A stretch of 64,000 bases of DNA from Chiloscyllium plagiosum (taxonomy: Eukaryota). A program made the translations under genes and the position numbers. Shown here in pieces: positions 36,320-47,910 of this stretch. The stretch's first letter is position 1, and each line of letters starts with the position of its first letter. Under the pieces are notes generated by a model that was given only the letters and a program-made list of their open reading frames with translations, was not told the origin of the DNA and searched no databases. The stretch spans positions 19,876,327 to 19,940,326 of the forward strand of contig NC_057737.1 of assembly GCF_004010195.1 (NCBI RefSeq), read 5' to 3'.

Positions 36320-36368
36320 GGACATTAATGTTTTAGAATCAAGGACATTAATGTTTTAGAATCAAGGA
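36320..36368. repeat. Perfect 23-bp tandem duplication
   Basis: GGACATTAATGTTTTAGAATCAA x2. Confidence 0.9.
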
Positions 36369-37829
36369 AATATACATCAGAGCATTTTCTCAATTCATTA
36401 CTAAGTATAGATTTGGCAATAGATGAAGAAAATTGTCGGTTTGAATATAGCCAGTTATGCAAAGTAGTCAAAATGGATGGTCTATATAATTTTCAGCTCA
36501 TGTGACAACTATAGATGCGTGACCTACAAAATCTAAACTGATAGATTATTCATGCCAACTAATTTGTTCAGTGTTTTAATTAGGACTTACTCATTTACAT
36601 ATTGCAGTGGAAAGTGTGTTCTAAAGCCTGCGTATAATAAATAGCATCTGAAGTGAGCCATCAACTTAATTAAGATGCCATTGTTTTTAGAAGCAAACAT
36701 CTCCATTAAGTGGAAGTGAACTGGCAATTTATGGCATGTTTTCAATCAAATTGACTGAAGCTGTCTGTAAATTACATCACACATACGATCGCGTTGATGC
36801 AGTTTTACTAAAAGAATATCTTCTCCTCATAGCACAATGCCTCATCTGAGAAGGGCACACATTGTCGCCTTTGCCCACGACGCTCACTCAGCCATAGCCT
36901 ACTGGACAGCCAAGAATACGAGTACCACTGCAGCAGTGCGCTGTAATAGGAAAACCCCATAGCAGTCCGCAGAACCAGCCACTATCTCTGATCCTTGGTG
37001 CCAGTCCCAATGGGAAATGGAAATAGCTGAATAACTAGGAACTGTGCAATGTGGGCTTAAATGGAGAGTGTAGCAATAACCAGCTCATAGGAATGCATGA
37101 GGTATATCATAAATATTAAAAGAAATATGGGGCATAAACAAAATGAAATGCTGGAAACACTGCTCCCGCTTGGAGAGAGATAGCCTTAACAGGAAACATT
37201 TTGCCATGAAATACGGGCAAGTTTGGGAGTGCTCCAGTCTTAAAACCTAGGTTTTCAAATTTAGCTGATAACAACAATGAGCCAGGTAACTATCACTCTC
37301 CAAGGAGATGGATTTTTGCCACTGTAAAAATTCTCAGCTTTTAAACTTTCACACTGGTTGGAGCTCCTAAATGTTGGAGAAACCAGCAGTTGTGTTCAAG
37401 TAGGAACTTTGAGATTCCAGGGGATGAGTGTTGTTACCTCTAGCTTTCTGCCTGAGGAATCCCCATACCTGAAGACCAGGCTCCAGCACCATTCTCTAGG
37501 AACCCAGAAGCTAGCAGCTTCTTGTGAGGCAGCTCTTTAACTTCGAGACCTGTAATTCACTAAACAGCTCTTAACAAGTTGCTTGGCGCTTGATCTGCCA
37601 AGCTTTCTCAGTGGAGAATGTAGACAGATGGTCATCACTGAACGTGCCGCACCCTCGGCACATAGAATCAAAAATAGAAAATCCCAGCTTTTGTTCTAAG
37701 CTCTGTCTCTCGCCTGTTACTCCACTTTTGACCACTAGAAGGGATATTTTGGAAATTTGTTTTACCAGAAAATGAAATGAAATGAAGTGGCTAGTACTTA
37801 CACACTGAATTTCAAAGCATTTCTTGTCT

Positions 37830-39400
37830 TTCAGTGGATGTGGGCATTACTATCAGGGCCAAAATTATTGACCATTCCTAGTTGTCCAGAAGGAGGCAGT
37901 GCTGAGCCACCTTCTTGAACCGCTGCTGTCCATAAGGGCTGGTATACTTCTACTGCTGTTAGAAGGGGAGTTCCAGGGTTAGGACCCAGCAACATTGATA
38001 TAGTTCTAAATTGGGATGGTATGTGTTTTGGAGGAGAACTTCCAAGTGGTGGTGCTGGCACATACCTGGTGTCCATATACAGGTTTGGATGATACTGTTA
38101 AAGGAGCTTTTGCGAGTTACTGGTAAGAATCTTAAAAGATTGTGGTCACTGTTCACTGGGGGGTGAGGGAGTGAATGTTGCATCAGGTAAGTGTATTAAA
38201 TGTATAAGTGTATTAAAATCACTTATTTAAGCTTTTGAAATTGGAACTAGTGTCATTTTGATCAATTGGTTTGAGGTGGTTTAATGATTAACTTGTCAGG
38301 TATTTCTGGAGCAATGCTTTTTAAAACCAGTATAAGAGTGGGAATCCCTGGGATAATACTCAGAATTTGTTTATATTCAGTGAGCTTTTGAGAAATTGAG
38401 AAGCATTAGCTTGCTTTTTGTTTAGAAAGACCAGGATTTTGGTTGGAGGGCAGGGATGGGGGGGTGAGCATATCCCATGGCTCGGACAGTTTATTTTTCA
38501 GTTGAATGTATGAAACAGTTTGTCCTCGAGAATGGAGTTAGTTCAGAATAATTCAAAAATAGATTATCTCATGTTAGAAATTTAGTTTGTAAGTTTCAGA
38601 CCAAAAGTGTTTGGTTAGAACCCTCAAAGGGTTATTCAAAATTGAGAAAGCTCAACTCAGTTGTTTCTCTAATCAAGGAAGAAGATACCAAACTTTTAAG
38701 ACCAGAAATTGAAAAAAAACAGTTAAGTGAAACTTATGGATGCGATAGCGAACCAAATTCTCTCTGATGTTTGAGTCCTATAACATGATGGTGTTGAGAC
38801 AGATGGGATCGTATTTTGTACTGCCTGCTTCAAAGCCTTTCAAAATGTATTATATGTAAATAGCCAGGATTATTTTATAACATCTTTTCTTTCATGTAAT
38901 AATATGTTGTTTTGTTTAAACCAAATCAGCAGCATTGAGTGCTTGTGCTTCAGTGAAAGACCAGCTCATTAAATAAAGTAAATAAAAAATAAAATCTATC
39001 ACGGCAGATATCAGTCTGTAATCTAACTTATCTCGTAATAACATCAGTTAGGATCGTAATAGTTGAAGATGGTTGATAAGGTGCCAATCAAGTAGGCCAC
39101 TTTGTCCATTCTTGTTAAAGTTGCACTCCTGCAGGAAAATGAACAGCATTTCATTGCATTCCTGATTTGTGCTTTGTAGGTAGTGGTCAAGCTTTCAGGA
39201 GTCAGATGATAAGTTACATATGGTGCAGTTCCTAACTTCTGACCTCCTCTTGTAACCACGGTACTTATTTGTCTGGTTCAGTCAGTTTCTGGTCAATGGT
39301 AACCCTCAGAACGTTGATAATCAGGGGATTCAACAATGGTAATGCCACTGAATGTCAAGGGGCAATGGGTGGATTCTCTCTTTTTAGAGATTGTCATTGG
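37830..39400 (-). mobile_element. CR1-group LINE 3' part (RT C-terminus and tail) split by an LTR-like insert
   Basis: rc PLTFSGITIVESP...VTRGGQKLG...HLTPESLTTTYKAQIRNAM; host resumes across 38181-39061. Tail shared with the SINE at 44820-45170. Confidence 0.65.
38181..39061 (+). mobile_element. Putative solo LTR (~880 bp)
   Basis: Interrupts the LINE exactly; 4-bp duplication GTTG (38177-38180, 39062-39065); AATAAA near the 3' end. Termini are imperfect. Confidence 0.45.
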
Positions 39401-39694
39401 GATTATTGCTTTTTAATGACCTTATTAATGGCAACTCTCACCTCATTAATGTAAAGATTCCAATACAAGAAAACTTGTCAAAGGTTGTGGATCCAAGGTT
39501 ACAGGAAGAAAGTGCGAAATGAGGTTGAAAAACATTTCAGCCATGATTGAATGGTGGAGCAGATTTGATGGGTTGAATGGCCTAACTTCTGCTCCTATGT
39601 TTTATGGTCTTATGGACACCAATAACTCTCAACAAGGATATCAGAGCAAGTTCCTGGTGACTTCAGCTCACTACAGTACACTTCTGCTCTTCGT

Positions 39695-40007
39695 ACAATC
39701 CCTACTGTGTGGAAGGAGGTCATTCAGCCCATCAAATCCCACAGTACCTCTGAAGAGCATCCCACCCAGACCCAGCCCCCAGCCTATCCCATGGCTAATC
39801 CATCCAGATTACACATGCTTGACACTGCAGACAATTCCAGCTAAACTACAAGTCTTTGGACTGTTGGAGGAAACTGGAGCACATAGAATAAACCCACACA
39901 AATGTGGGGAGAACGTGCAAATTCCACACAGTCGCAGAAGGCTGGAAATGAACCTGGAGCCCTAGTGCTGTGAGGCAGCAGTGCTAAGCACTGAGCCACC
40001 ATGCCCC
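39695..40007 (-). mobile_element. HE1-type V-SINE
   Basis: tRNA head and V-domain. Confidence 0.8.
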
Positions 40008-40269
40008 AATACTGCCTCCGGGCACAACAGTGGCTATCATTGTAATGCTGCAGCAAGGTCTTTTTGTGCTGAGGAATATGGTCTAGACCAGGCTGTGTCT
40101 CTGGTCTTTTTGCTTGATGCCATTGTGCTCAGTCACTTTTAGTCTGCCTGGATACTCACAGAAACCTACTCCATTATCCTTCATTGAATGGTGATCCCAC
40201 AGCACACAAACAGCAGGCTGCCTTCAAAAATATCAGCCAGGCTCTGTCCCAGCCGGTGGAGAAATCAAA

Positions 40270-40455
40270 GAGTCATAGACTCATCGAGGCGTACAGAATG
40301 GAAACAGACCTTTTGGTCCAACTCATCTGCGCTGGCCAGACATCCCAATGTGATCTCGTCTCACTTGCCAACATTTGGCCCATATCCTTCTAAACCCTTC
40401 CTTTTCATATACCCATCCAGATGCCTTTTAAATGGTGTAATTGTTCCCACCTCCA
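40270..40455 (-). mobile_element. CR1/HER1 3' terminal fragment
   Basis: rc EVGTITPFKRHLDGYMKRKGLEGYGPNVGK. Confidence 0.8.
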
Positions 40456-41790
40456 AGCAAGGTGTAATATTTTTGAAGGACGTGTTTGAGAGGTTTTCTG
40501 GTTCTCGAAGAGGGAACAGCAACGGATTTGTAGAGTGTTCTTCACAAGAGCATGACACACAATTCATGCAATGATATGTTTCACCTTGAATTGCATCAGG
40601 ATGTTCAATATTTCTGAATGCATGGAAAGCAAGGTTTGATCAAGCATGCATTACTGAGGACAATCTCTTCCCAAATGTCATCTACAGCTCATCCTTTTTA
40701 TTAAATGGGTCTCCTACCTGTCAGCCATTGCAAACCTGGTAAGCTTACTTAGGATTTGGCATTGATTGTTCAAGACCTGCATTAGGCACCACTTAAGTAG
40801 CATAACTAAAATATAAAAGCAGTGTATATCTCTCAATAGCAGCAGAGAAAAATAACTTATTGAATCGGAACTTCATCATGTTATTAAGAAGGATAAGTTC
40901 ACATTCAATTTGAGGAAAGTTTGATAACTTCATTGAAAAACATTATTCTTAGCTTTGAACTGGTCACTGTACTGTGGGAAGTCTTAAACAGACTTCCCAC
41001 AGTGCAATCAGAATGCTGTGCTGAAGGATATATATTTCTCTTGTAACTGAAGTTTGCAAAATGCGGAGCAAATTCAGGTTGTACAGTAGAGCAGCATTTA
41101 TGGAGTGTGCTTTTATCTGAAAAGGAGGGAATCCTGCAGATCTTGAATATGTCACCAGAAAGCATGTCAAATGATCATTGTTTATTGAGATGGGGAAGAG
41201 AATGTAAATGCTTTGTTATTCTGACAATCACTGGGTTGTGATGTGCAATTAGAAGTTCGCACTCATACAGTTCCCACATGAGGGGTGGTGGTTGGGAGTG
41301 TTTGGCGGAGAAGAAGGAAGAGAGATGTTCCCCAAAGTTGAACACAACGAGCAAAAACACCCATTACATTGAGTAGGACTATGTTAACGTTGCACCATGT
41401 AAACATTACTCCGTTGTTAACTTAAAAGAGTTCTCAGAAGAGCTGATGGACCTTATCATTTGGGATAGCATACTCTGAATACGCAGGCATTTTCCAGTAG
41501 ACTGCCCTACACCTTTCCTCCTTTGGCTTGAATGAGATCTTGTCAAAGCACTGGGAAGAGGCAATCAGGAAGAGGTTGTCGAGACTACATGTCCTAAGAT
41601 GCCCTCCCTAAATATCTTGGCTTTTCTCCTCCTTTTAAGAAAATCCTTCAAGCCACATATTTTAAAATCTCCTCATGTGACTTGAAGCACCGTGGGAGGA
41701 TTAATTAAGTTGAAAGTGCTCTGCAAAATGTAACTTATTTTTGGTGGCAAGAGTAAGTAAGGTAGTAGCAGTTGAGTGGAGCTCAGTACA

Positions 41791-42167
41791 GGAGAAAGTG
41801 AGGTCTGCAGATGCTGGAGATCAAAGTTGAAACTTTATTGCTGGAACAGCACAGCAGGTCAGGCAGCATCCAGGGAACAGGAGATTCGACGTTTCGGGCA
41901 CAGGCCCTTCTTCAGGAATGAGCAGAGAGTGTTCAGCAGGAGAAGATAAAAGGTAGGGAGGAGGGACTTGGAGGAGGGGCGTTGGAAATGTGATAGGTGG
42001 AAAGAGGTCAAGGTGAGGGTGATAGGTCGGAGTAGGATGGAGGCGGAGAGGTCAAGAAGAAGACTGCAGGTCAGGAAGGCGGTGCCGGGCTGGAGGGATC
42101 CGGCTGAGACAAGGTGGGGGGAGGGGGGATGAAGAAACTGGTGAAGTCCAAGTTCATCCCCTGCGGT
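41791..42167 (-). mobile_element. Neptune-type PLE 3' end (non-inverted, young)
   Basis: Perfect 14-bp TSD TGGAGCTCAGTACA (41777-41790, 42168-42181). rc starts QPQGMNLDFTSF (GIY-YIG C-terminus) and ends with the same terminus as the 29460 and 30674 elements. Confidence 0.85.
41888..41915 (-). ncRNA. Minimal hammerhead motif (intact core)
   Basis: rc CTGAAGA A GGGC CTGT GCCC GAAACGTC. Confidence 0.75.
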
Positions 42168-42589
42168 TGGAGCTCAGTACAACAGCAGGGGGTCATACAG
42201 TGTGTGTGAGAGTGTGAAAGAAACTCCAGTATGAAGAAATGGAACAGACTATAAACACACCCAGGCTTTACTGACACCAGACAACAGGAACGTGTCAGCA
42301 GAGACACATGATCAAGCAGCAAACAAATGAATACCATAATATCCTTCAGCCTCATTATGTGTCCTGACCTGACATCTGCCCACTTCAGCCATGGTAGTCT
42401 CCACCATTGGGATGAGGATTTGGGTTAATTGTGGCTTTCCTACAATCTGGCATCTTCCCTGGTGTTCTGCATGCCAACTTGTATATCCAATAGAGAGGTA
42501 GAGTGTGGTCTGTTAGAATGTTGTGAAATGTGTCTATGTTAGTGTAGCATAGTTTACAAGTGTAGTTGGTGTATTAAAGAGGGATTAGG

Positions 42590-42930
42590 TAGTTTTTATT
42601 CATTCATGAATTGCATGCATTAGCAATAAAATCAACATTATAATCTAATTGTCCACGAAAAGTGGCCTTCTTAAACACATACATGGATATTGGCTATAAG
42701 GGAGACAGTTCCACGATTGTGCAACCAGTGACAGTGAAGGAACAGTGAATGTATTTCCAAATAACAGTGATGTGATTTACAGATGATAGTATTCCCATGC
42801 ATCTGCCATCCTTTGTTTTCCTGGACAGTAGTGGTTGCAGGTTTAGGAGATGCTGTTGAGAAAAAGCCTTGATGAGACAAACTGCTGCCAGTATTTGGGA
42901 ACAGAGGTGCTAACTATGGTGGCAGTAGCA
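42590..42930 (-). mobile_element. LINE 3' fragment, same family as 37830-38180
   Basis: Shared tail rc GACAATTAGATTATAATGTTG...CAATTCATGAATGAATAAAAA. Confidence 0.5.
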
Positions 42931-43334
42931 ATCAAGGAATGAAAGTTAACAGCTGAAGGCAGTTCATGCCAGGATTCCAGCTGAGGGATGGGAAATGGTT
43001 GGAAGTTGTGAGAATGCTGAGGTCATTTGGATCAAGCAAACAGCACATTTGGAAAGGTGGGGGTCTAAATGTTAATGAGGAGTTTAATAAGAAGTAATTC
43101 TCCCTTAGCTTGTCTCTGTCTAGTGAGAAACTTGCCTTCCTACTTAGCAAAAGCATAAAAATTGCAGCGGGATGCGCTCAGTGTCCAGATGGGTCTCACT
43201 ATGCTTCTCATTCAACTTTTGACAAATCTTACCTTGCTCAGTCCCCTATGAGATTCAACCCAGTATTTTAACACAAGGAATATTTTATCATACTGATGGA
43301 TGCCCACACCCTTCCTCACCTGATACACAAAAAC

Positions 43335-43427
43335 AACACACACACACACACACAGCGAGTCCGACTTACACACACTGCAAGGGAAGGACACACACACACT
43401 CATACACACTCAAACACACACACACAC
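43335..43427. repeat. Imperfect (CA)n tract
   Basis: Direct reading. Confidence 0.85.
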
Positions 43428-43742
43428 TTTCCTTGGTTTCTGTCATTTCAGGTTGAAAGGAGACACATGCACATTGCCCATCAGGCAGATTGGAAAGAAT
43501 GGTTGGGGAAAGCAAGTTAGAAAAGGAAAACAAATCAGAAAATACAGGCTCAGATCATAGGGTAATCAGTTCCAGTTGAGACTCCCCTGTAGGTCTTGCG
43601 ATAACTGCACTTGTCACTTATGGTACGATCTGCCTGTATAGCAGGCAAAACAGCACTTTTCACTATATTACGGTACATATGGCAGCAATAAATTAAACTC
43701 AAACTGATAAAACACTTCCAATTATTCCTCAGTTACATGGTT

Positions 43743-43769
43743 AAAAGTCACACAACACCAAGTTATAGT
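43743..43769 (-). mobile_element. 27-bp PLE terminal micro-insertion
   Basis: AAAAGTCACACAACACCAAGTTATAGT matches the arm of 26783/49948; perfect 15-bp duplication CTCAGTTACATGGTT (43728-43742, 43770-43784). Confidence 0.75.
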
Positions 43770-44149
43770 CTCAGTTACATGGTTTGCAGTGGAAAACCTT
43801 GTCTAATGTTGACAGTGACTATTGATCATTTGGGCTTAAAATTGACTTGTGTTTTCCCTGCCCTTGTGATAGCTAAAAGAGAAAAGCTTGTAAGGTGTGA
43901 ATTAGGAATTCTGGAAACATAGGCTGTAAATTATTCTGAACAAAAGTAGTCAAACAGATGTTGACAACTTAATTGAGAAGTCAGTATAATATGATTCATA
44001 TGTACAATTGGCCTATGGTAATGGTGACAATTTGAAATTGCAATGGCATATTCAGCGAGCTTCATTAGATAAATGTAACTGTAGCTTCCTTAGGTTTTGC
44101 AGTTGTCACTCTGTGTAATCATTTTTCAGCATTACCCACCATGATGTGT

Positions 44150-44365
44150 TCAGTCCAAAGATGTGCACATTAGGTGGATTGGCCATGCCAAATTGGCCCT
44201 TAGTATCCAGGGATGTGTAGGCTCGTTGGATTACATATGGGAAATGTGGGGTTACAGGGATAGGGTAGGAGGGGCAGGTCTGGCTGGGATGCTGTTCGGA
44301 GTGTTGGTATGGACTTGATGGGCTGGATGGCCTGCTTCTACATTGCAGAGACTCTATGATTCTGT
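44150..44365 (+). mobile_element. 5'-truncated HE1 SINE
   Basis: CAGTCCAAAGATGTGCACATTAGGTGGATTGGCCATGC... to CTATGATTCT tail. Confidence 0.8.
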
Positions 44366-44819
44366 GAAATTACTTTGACCGAAATGTTTAATGACAGTGA
44401 TCGATTAGTACAGAGAAGACTCATTCCTCTAGTAGCTGGCACAGTGGCTTTCTGCCTGCAGTCAGGTGATGGGCCTGTGCATGTGGTGACACCTACCTCA
44501 GTGCTCACTAATCACTGTGATATTGTTTATTTATTCTGAATGGAGTTGCCATTGAAACTTGACCCCAGGTCAAATTATTTTATTTTATTGTCTTCCTCGA
44601 ACTGTAATTCCTCTGTGACCTTCCCACCACCCCTGTCCCCAGCTACCTCCACAACCTCACCCTCCATCCCAGTCTGGAAATTCTGAATCCATTCCCTCTG
44701 ACCTCCCCACCTTACTTACACCAAGTCATTGATAGCCCTGCCTTCTGCTCTTTAGGCTCCACAGTCTGGAATTCCATTCTGCACCCCCCTACACCTCTCA
44801 TCCCTAACTTCCACTTGAG

Positions 44820-45170
44820 GGGAGGCAATGGCTTTGTGGTATTATTGCCAGACTATTAATCCAGAGACCCAGAAAATGTTCCATGACCTGGGGTTCAAAT
44901 CCTGCAATGGCAAATGGTGGAATTTGAATTTGATTTAAAAAATCTGGAGTTAGAAGTCTTATGATAATCATTAAACTGTTGTCAATTGTCAGGAAAGAAC
45001 TATCTGGTTCACTAATGCCCTTTAGCGAAGGAATCTCCTGTCCTTACCTGGTCTGGCCTCCATGTGACTCCAGATGTACAGTGATGTGATTAATTGTTAA
45101 CTGCTCTCTGGGCAATTAGGGATGGACAATCAATGCTAACCTGGCCACATCCCATGAATGAACAAAAAAC
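44820..45170 (+). mobile_element. tRNA-derived SINE with conserved central domain (MetaSINE-like, from memory) and LINE-derived tail
   Basis: A/B-box-like head (TGGCTTTGTGG / GGTTCAAATCC), core TCTGGTTCACTAATGCCCTTTAGCGAAGGAA, tail GGGCAATTAGGGATGGACAAT...CCCATGAATGAA. Confidence 0.7.
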
Positions 45171-45831
45171 ATCAACAGTGTTGGTAAGGCTTTAGGGATT
45201 GAATAGACAGAATCAAAAAGCAGTAGTTAGATGATGCAGAATACAAAGAGAGCAGTCTGTAGAAATTGCTCCACAAATTAGCAAAGCCATAAGAAAAGCA
45301 CACTAAGCACAAATAAGCTTTACATCTGGAAAGACAGAACTGAAAAGTGGTGACAAAAAGTGAAACAAAAATCGATCCTTGATAAGACTTATAATATGTG
45401 GCTGTTTTGGTTGCCACATTGGTTGTAAAGAATTTAAGATGTGGTGAAGGTTTACAAAGATGATACCAGAAATGTCCACAATGACATGCAAAACAATAGC
45501 CTCCTCATGTTATAAGATCCAATGTACAAGCATCATCCACTTTCCAATGGACTACCCCACACACAATTAACTGAGTCAAGCACAGATTTTGAGACCAAGG
45601 GATTATGCACTGTGACAGGGTAAACGGGATAGCTTCAGGGACAATACCAAGGGGGTTATTCAAGGCCTCACACTCCACCCAATCTACATGGTCAGAACGG
45701 TGCAGGGCATGTGTCAGAATTGAGAAAGGTTAGCTTTAATGAAGGTTTATTAGCGATCAGATGACTAACATGTTCTCATGTGACAAGTCAGTTCTTTAAA
45801 TATGATCATAAGAATGTATGTCTCAAATACA

Positions 45832-46146
45832 AGATTAGATTCCCTACACTGTGGAAGCAAGCCCTTCAGCCCAACAAGTCCATATCAACCCTCCAAAAAG
45901 TAACCCACCCAGACCCATTTCACTCTGATTATTGCACCAAACACTATGGGCAATTTAGCATGGCCAATTCACCTGACCTGCACATCTTTGGACTGGAGGA
46001 GGAAACCAGAGCACCCAGAGAAAACCCACACAGACACAGGGAGAATGTGCAAACTCCACACAGCCAGTCACCTGAGGCAGGAATCGAATCCAGGTCCCTG
46101 GCACTGTGAGGCAACAGTGCTAACCACTGAGCCGCCGTGCCACCCA
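45832..46146 (-). mobile_element. HE1-type V-SINE
   Basis: Complete head, V-domain and (GATTA)n tail. Confidence 0.85.
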
Positions 46147-46949
46147 AAAACTGACTGTTAGAATTGATATCCTGTAACATGGATAGGATCAGGGTCAGAA
46201 TGCTGCTAAATAATATTCCAGCACTGCTTGTGGGACCAAAATGGCCAAGAGGATGAGGAATGCTTTACCTAGGTCCCATGCAACAAACACTGTTCCTTCC
46301 TTCTCTTGGCCTGAAATTCCTGACAGGTTATCAAAATACCACCTTATTATTCTCTGTCTCTGATCCAAAATCTCTAACAACCCACATACTTGCCTATTCC
46401 CAGATTGATGGTCATCCCTTTCCTCACCAATTTGAAATTTCAACAACAGCTACCCTGCTCAACTGGTGAACTATTAAATATCCACCACACCCCCACCCAA
46501 CAGGCAACCCAACCACTGATCTCTTCATATCCCATATCACTGCGATCTCCAGTCACTCACCTTCAACCTCAACAACAGCATACATTTGTGTAGCACCTCT
46601 AATGATGAAAACCGTACCTAGGCAGATGAACCCAGCAGGACCTCGTTGTCATTAACAGACCCACCCCCAACAGCCCTTCTTGCATCTTGCTGTAAATTTC
46701 ACCCCATTTATTACAGCAGAACCAATGAGCTGTCAGATCAGGAATGACCCAGGAATCAATTGGATCATTTCCTGTGTTCAAAACCAAGATCAGTTTATAC
46801 AGTGAAATTATTCTTGAACAGCTTCCAAGATGCTGCCTGCAAAGGAGCCTTTCATTTCTTTATGTCTGTTGAAGTTTACATCATTGAAAATGCCTCAGAG
46901 TGTTTCTGTCAAGCACAAATGCAAATGATCTTGCTGTGCTGCTTATATT

Positions 46950-47500
46950 TCTGTGTACATTCAATATGATCATGATTGACCTAACTTATGGCCTCAACTC
47001 CACTTTCATGCCTAACCCCAATAACCTTTGTTTCCTTTGTTAGCCACAGATCTATCTACCTCTGCCTTAAAAATATTCATTGACATTTCCCCCACTGACC
47101 TCTGGAAAAGAAAGTGTTCCAAAGCCTCACAACCCTCAGAGAAAAACATATTCTCCTCATCTCAATCCTAAATGGGAGACTCCTTAATTTTACATTGTGG
47201 TCCCCAGTTCTAGTTGTTGCCACAAGGAGGAGCACTCCTTCGGCATCAATACTGTCAAGTCCCTTCAAGATCTTATATATTTTCACAAGATGACCTCTCA
47301 TGGTTTTAAACTTCAATGCACACAGGTCCAGGCTTAGCCACATCTCTTTACGGGATAACCTTTTATCCCATGAATCAGGCAAGTGGCTCTCTCTAAACTA
47401 TTTCTAATGCAATGCTGTTCCTTTCTTTAAAAGGTAGGCCAAAACTGTACTCCAGAGGTCATCTCACCAATGCATCTGTATAAAAACACTACTGCTTTCG
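46950..47500 (-). mobile_element. CR1 3' fragment
   Basis: rc MRGHLVKIYKILKGLDSID...FSLRVVRLWN. Confidence 0.75.
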
Positions 47501-47504
47501 TATG

Positions 47505-47910
47505 TTGAAAAAAAAAACTTTTTGAAGATTTCAGCTTTCACTCATCAGGACTGATCAGCAGTGCCAATTTTAAGGGGAAAATCAACTATTTCAACTCAGC
47601 AAAATAGTTGACAATAACAGCTTTTTGCTTGTTAATTTCTCAGGGCAATGCCTTGATCAATCAGAATCAATCTGCTTGATTTAAATAAAAAAATAAAGTT
47701 TGGCAATTAGCTGTCAACCATTACTAACTGGTGCAATTTCTATGCCAACACTTTTACCAATCAAACCACTTATCAACCAATCTGCACTCACCTGTCCGGT
47801 GGAATAAATTGTTAGTTTTCCTCCTAAGTTGACCTGATGAGTTCAAGATGAAAAGCTTTGTCAAAGATTGTCTCTTATTTTTTCAGAAATACTTGCATTC
47901 TGTACTATCA
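47505..47910. mobile_element. Tail-out PLE-like terminal pair of a further family with ultra-short hammerheads
   Basis: - motif CTGATGAGTGAAAGCTGAAATCTTC (47524-47548) and + motif CTGATGA GTTCAAGAT GAAAAGCTTT (47834-47859), divergently oriented. Confidence 0.5.

Noticed and set aside
36320-36368. CRISPR-like or functional repeat array (also the 12-bp repeat at 50344-50374 and duplication at ~27930-27985)
   Set aside because: Simple local tandem duplications without spacers, in a eukaryotic intron.
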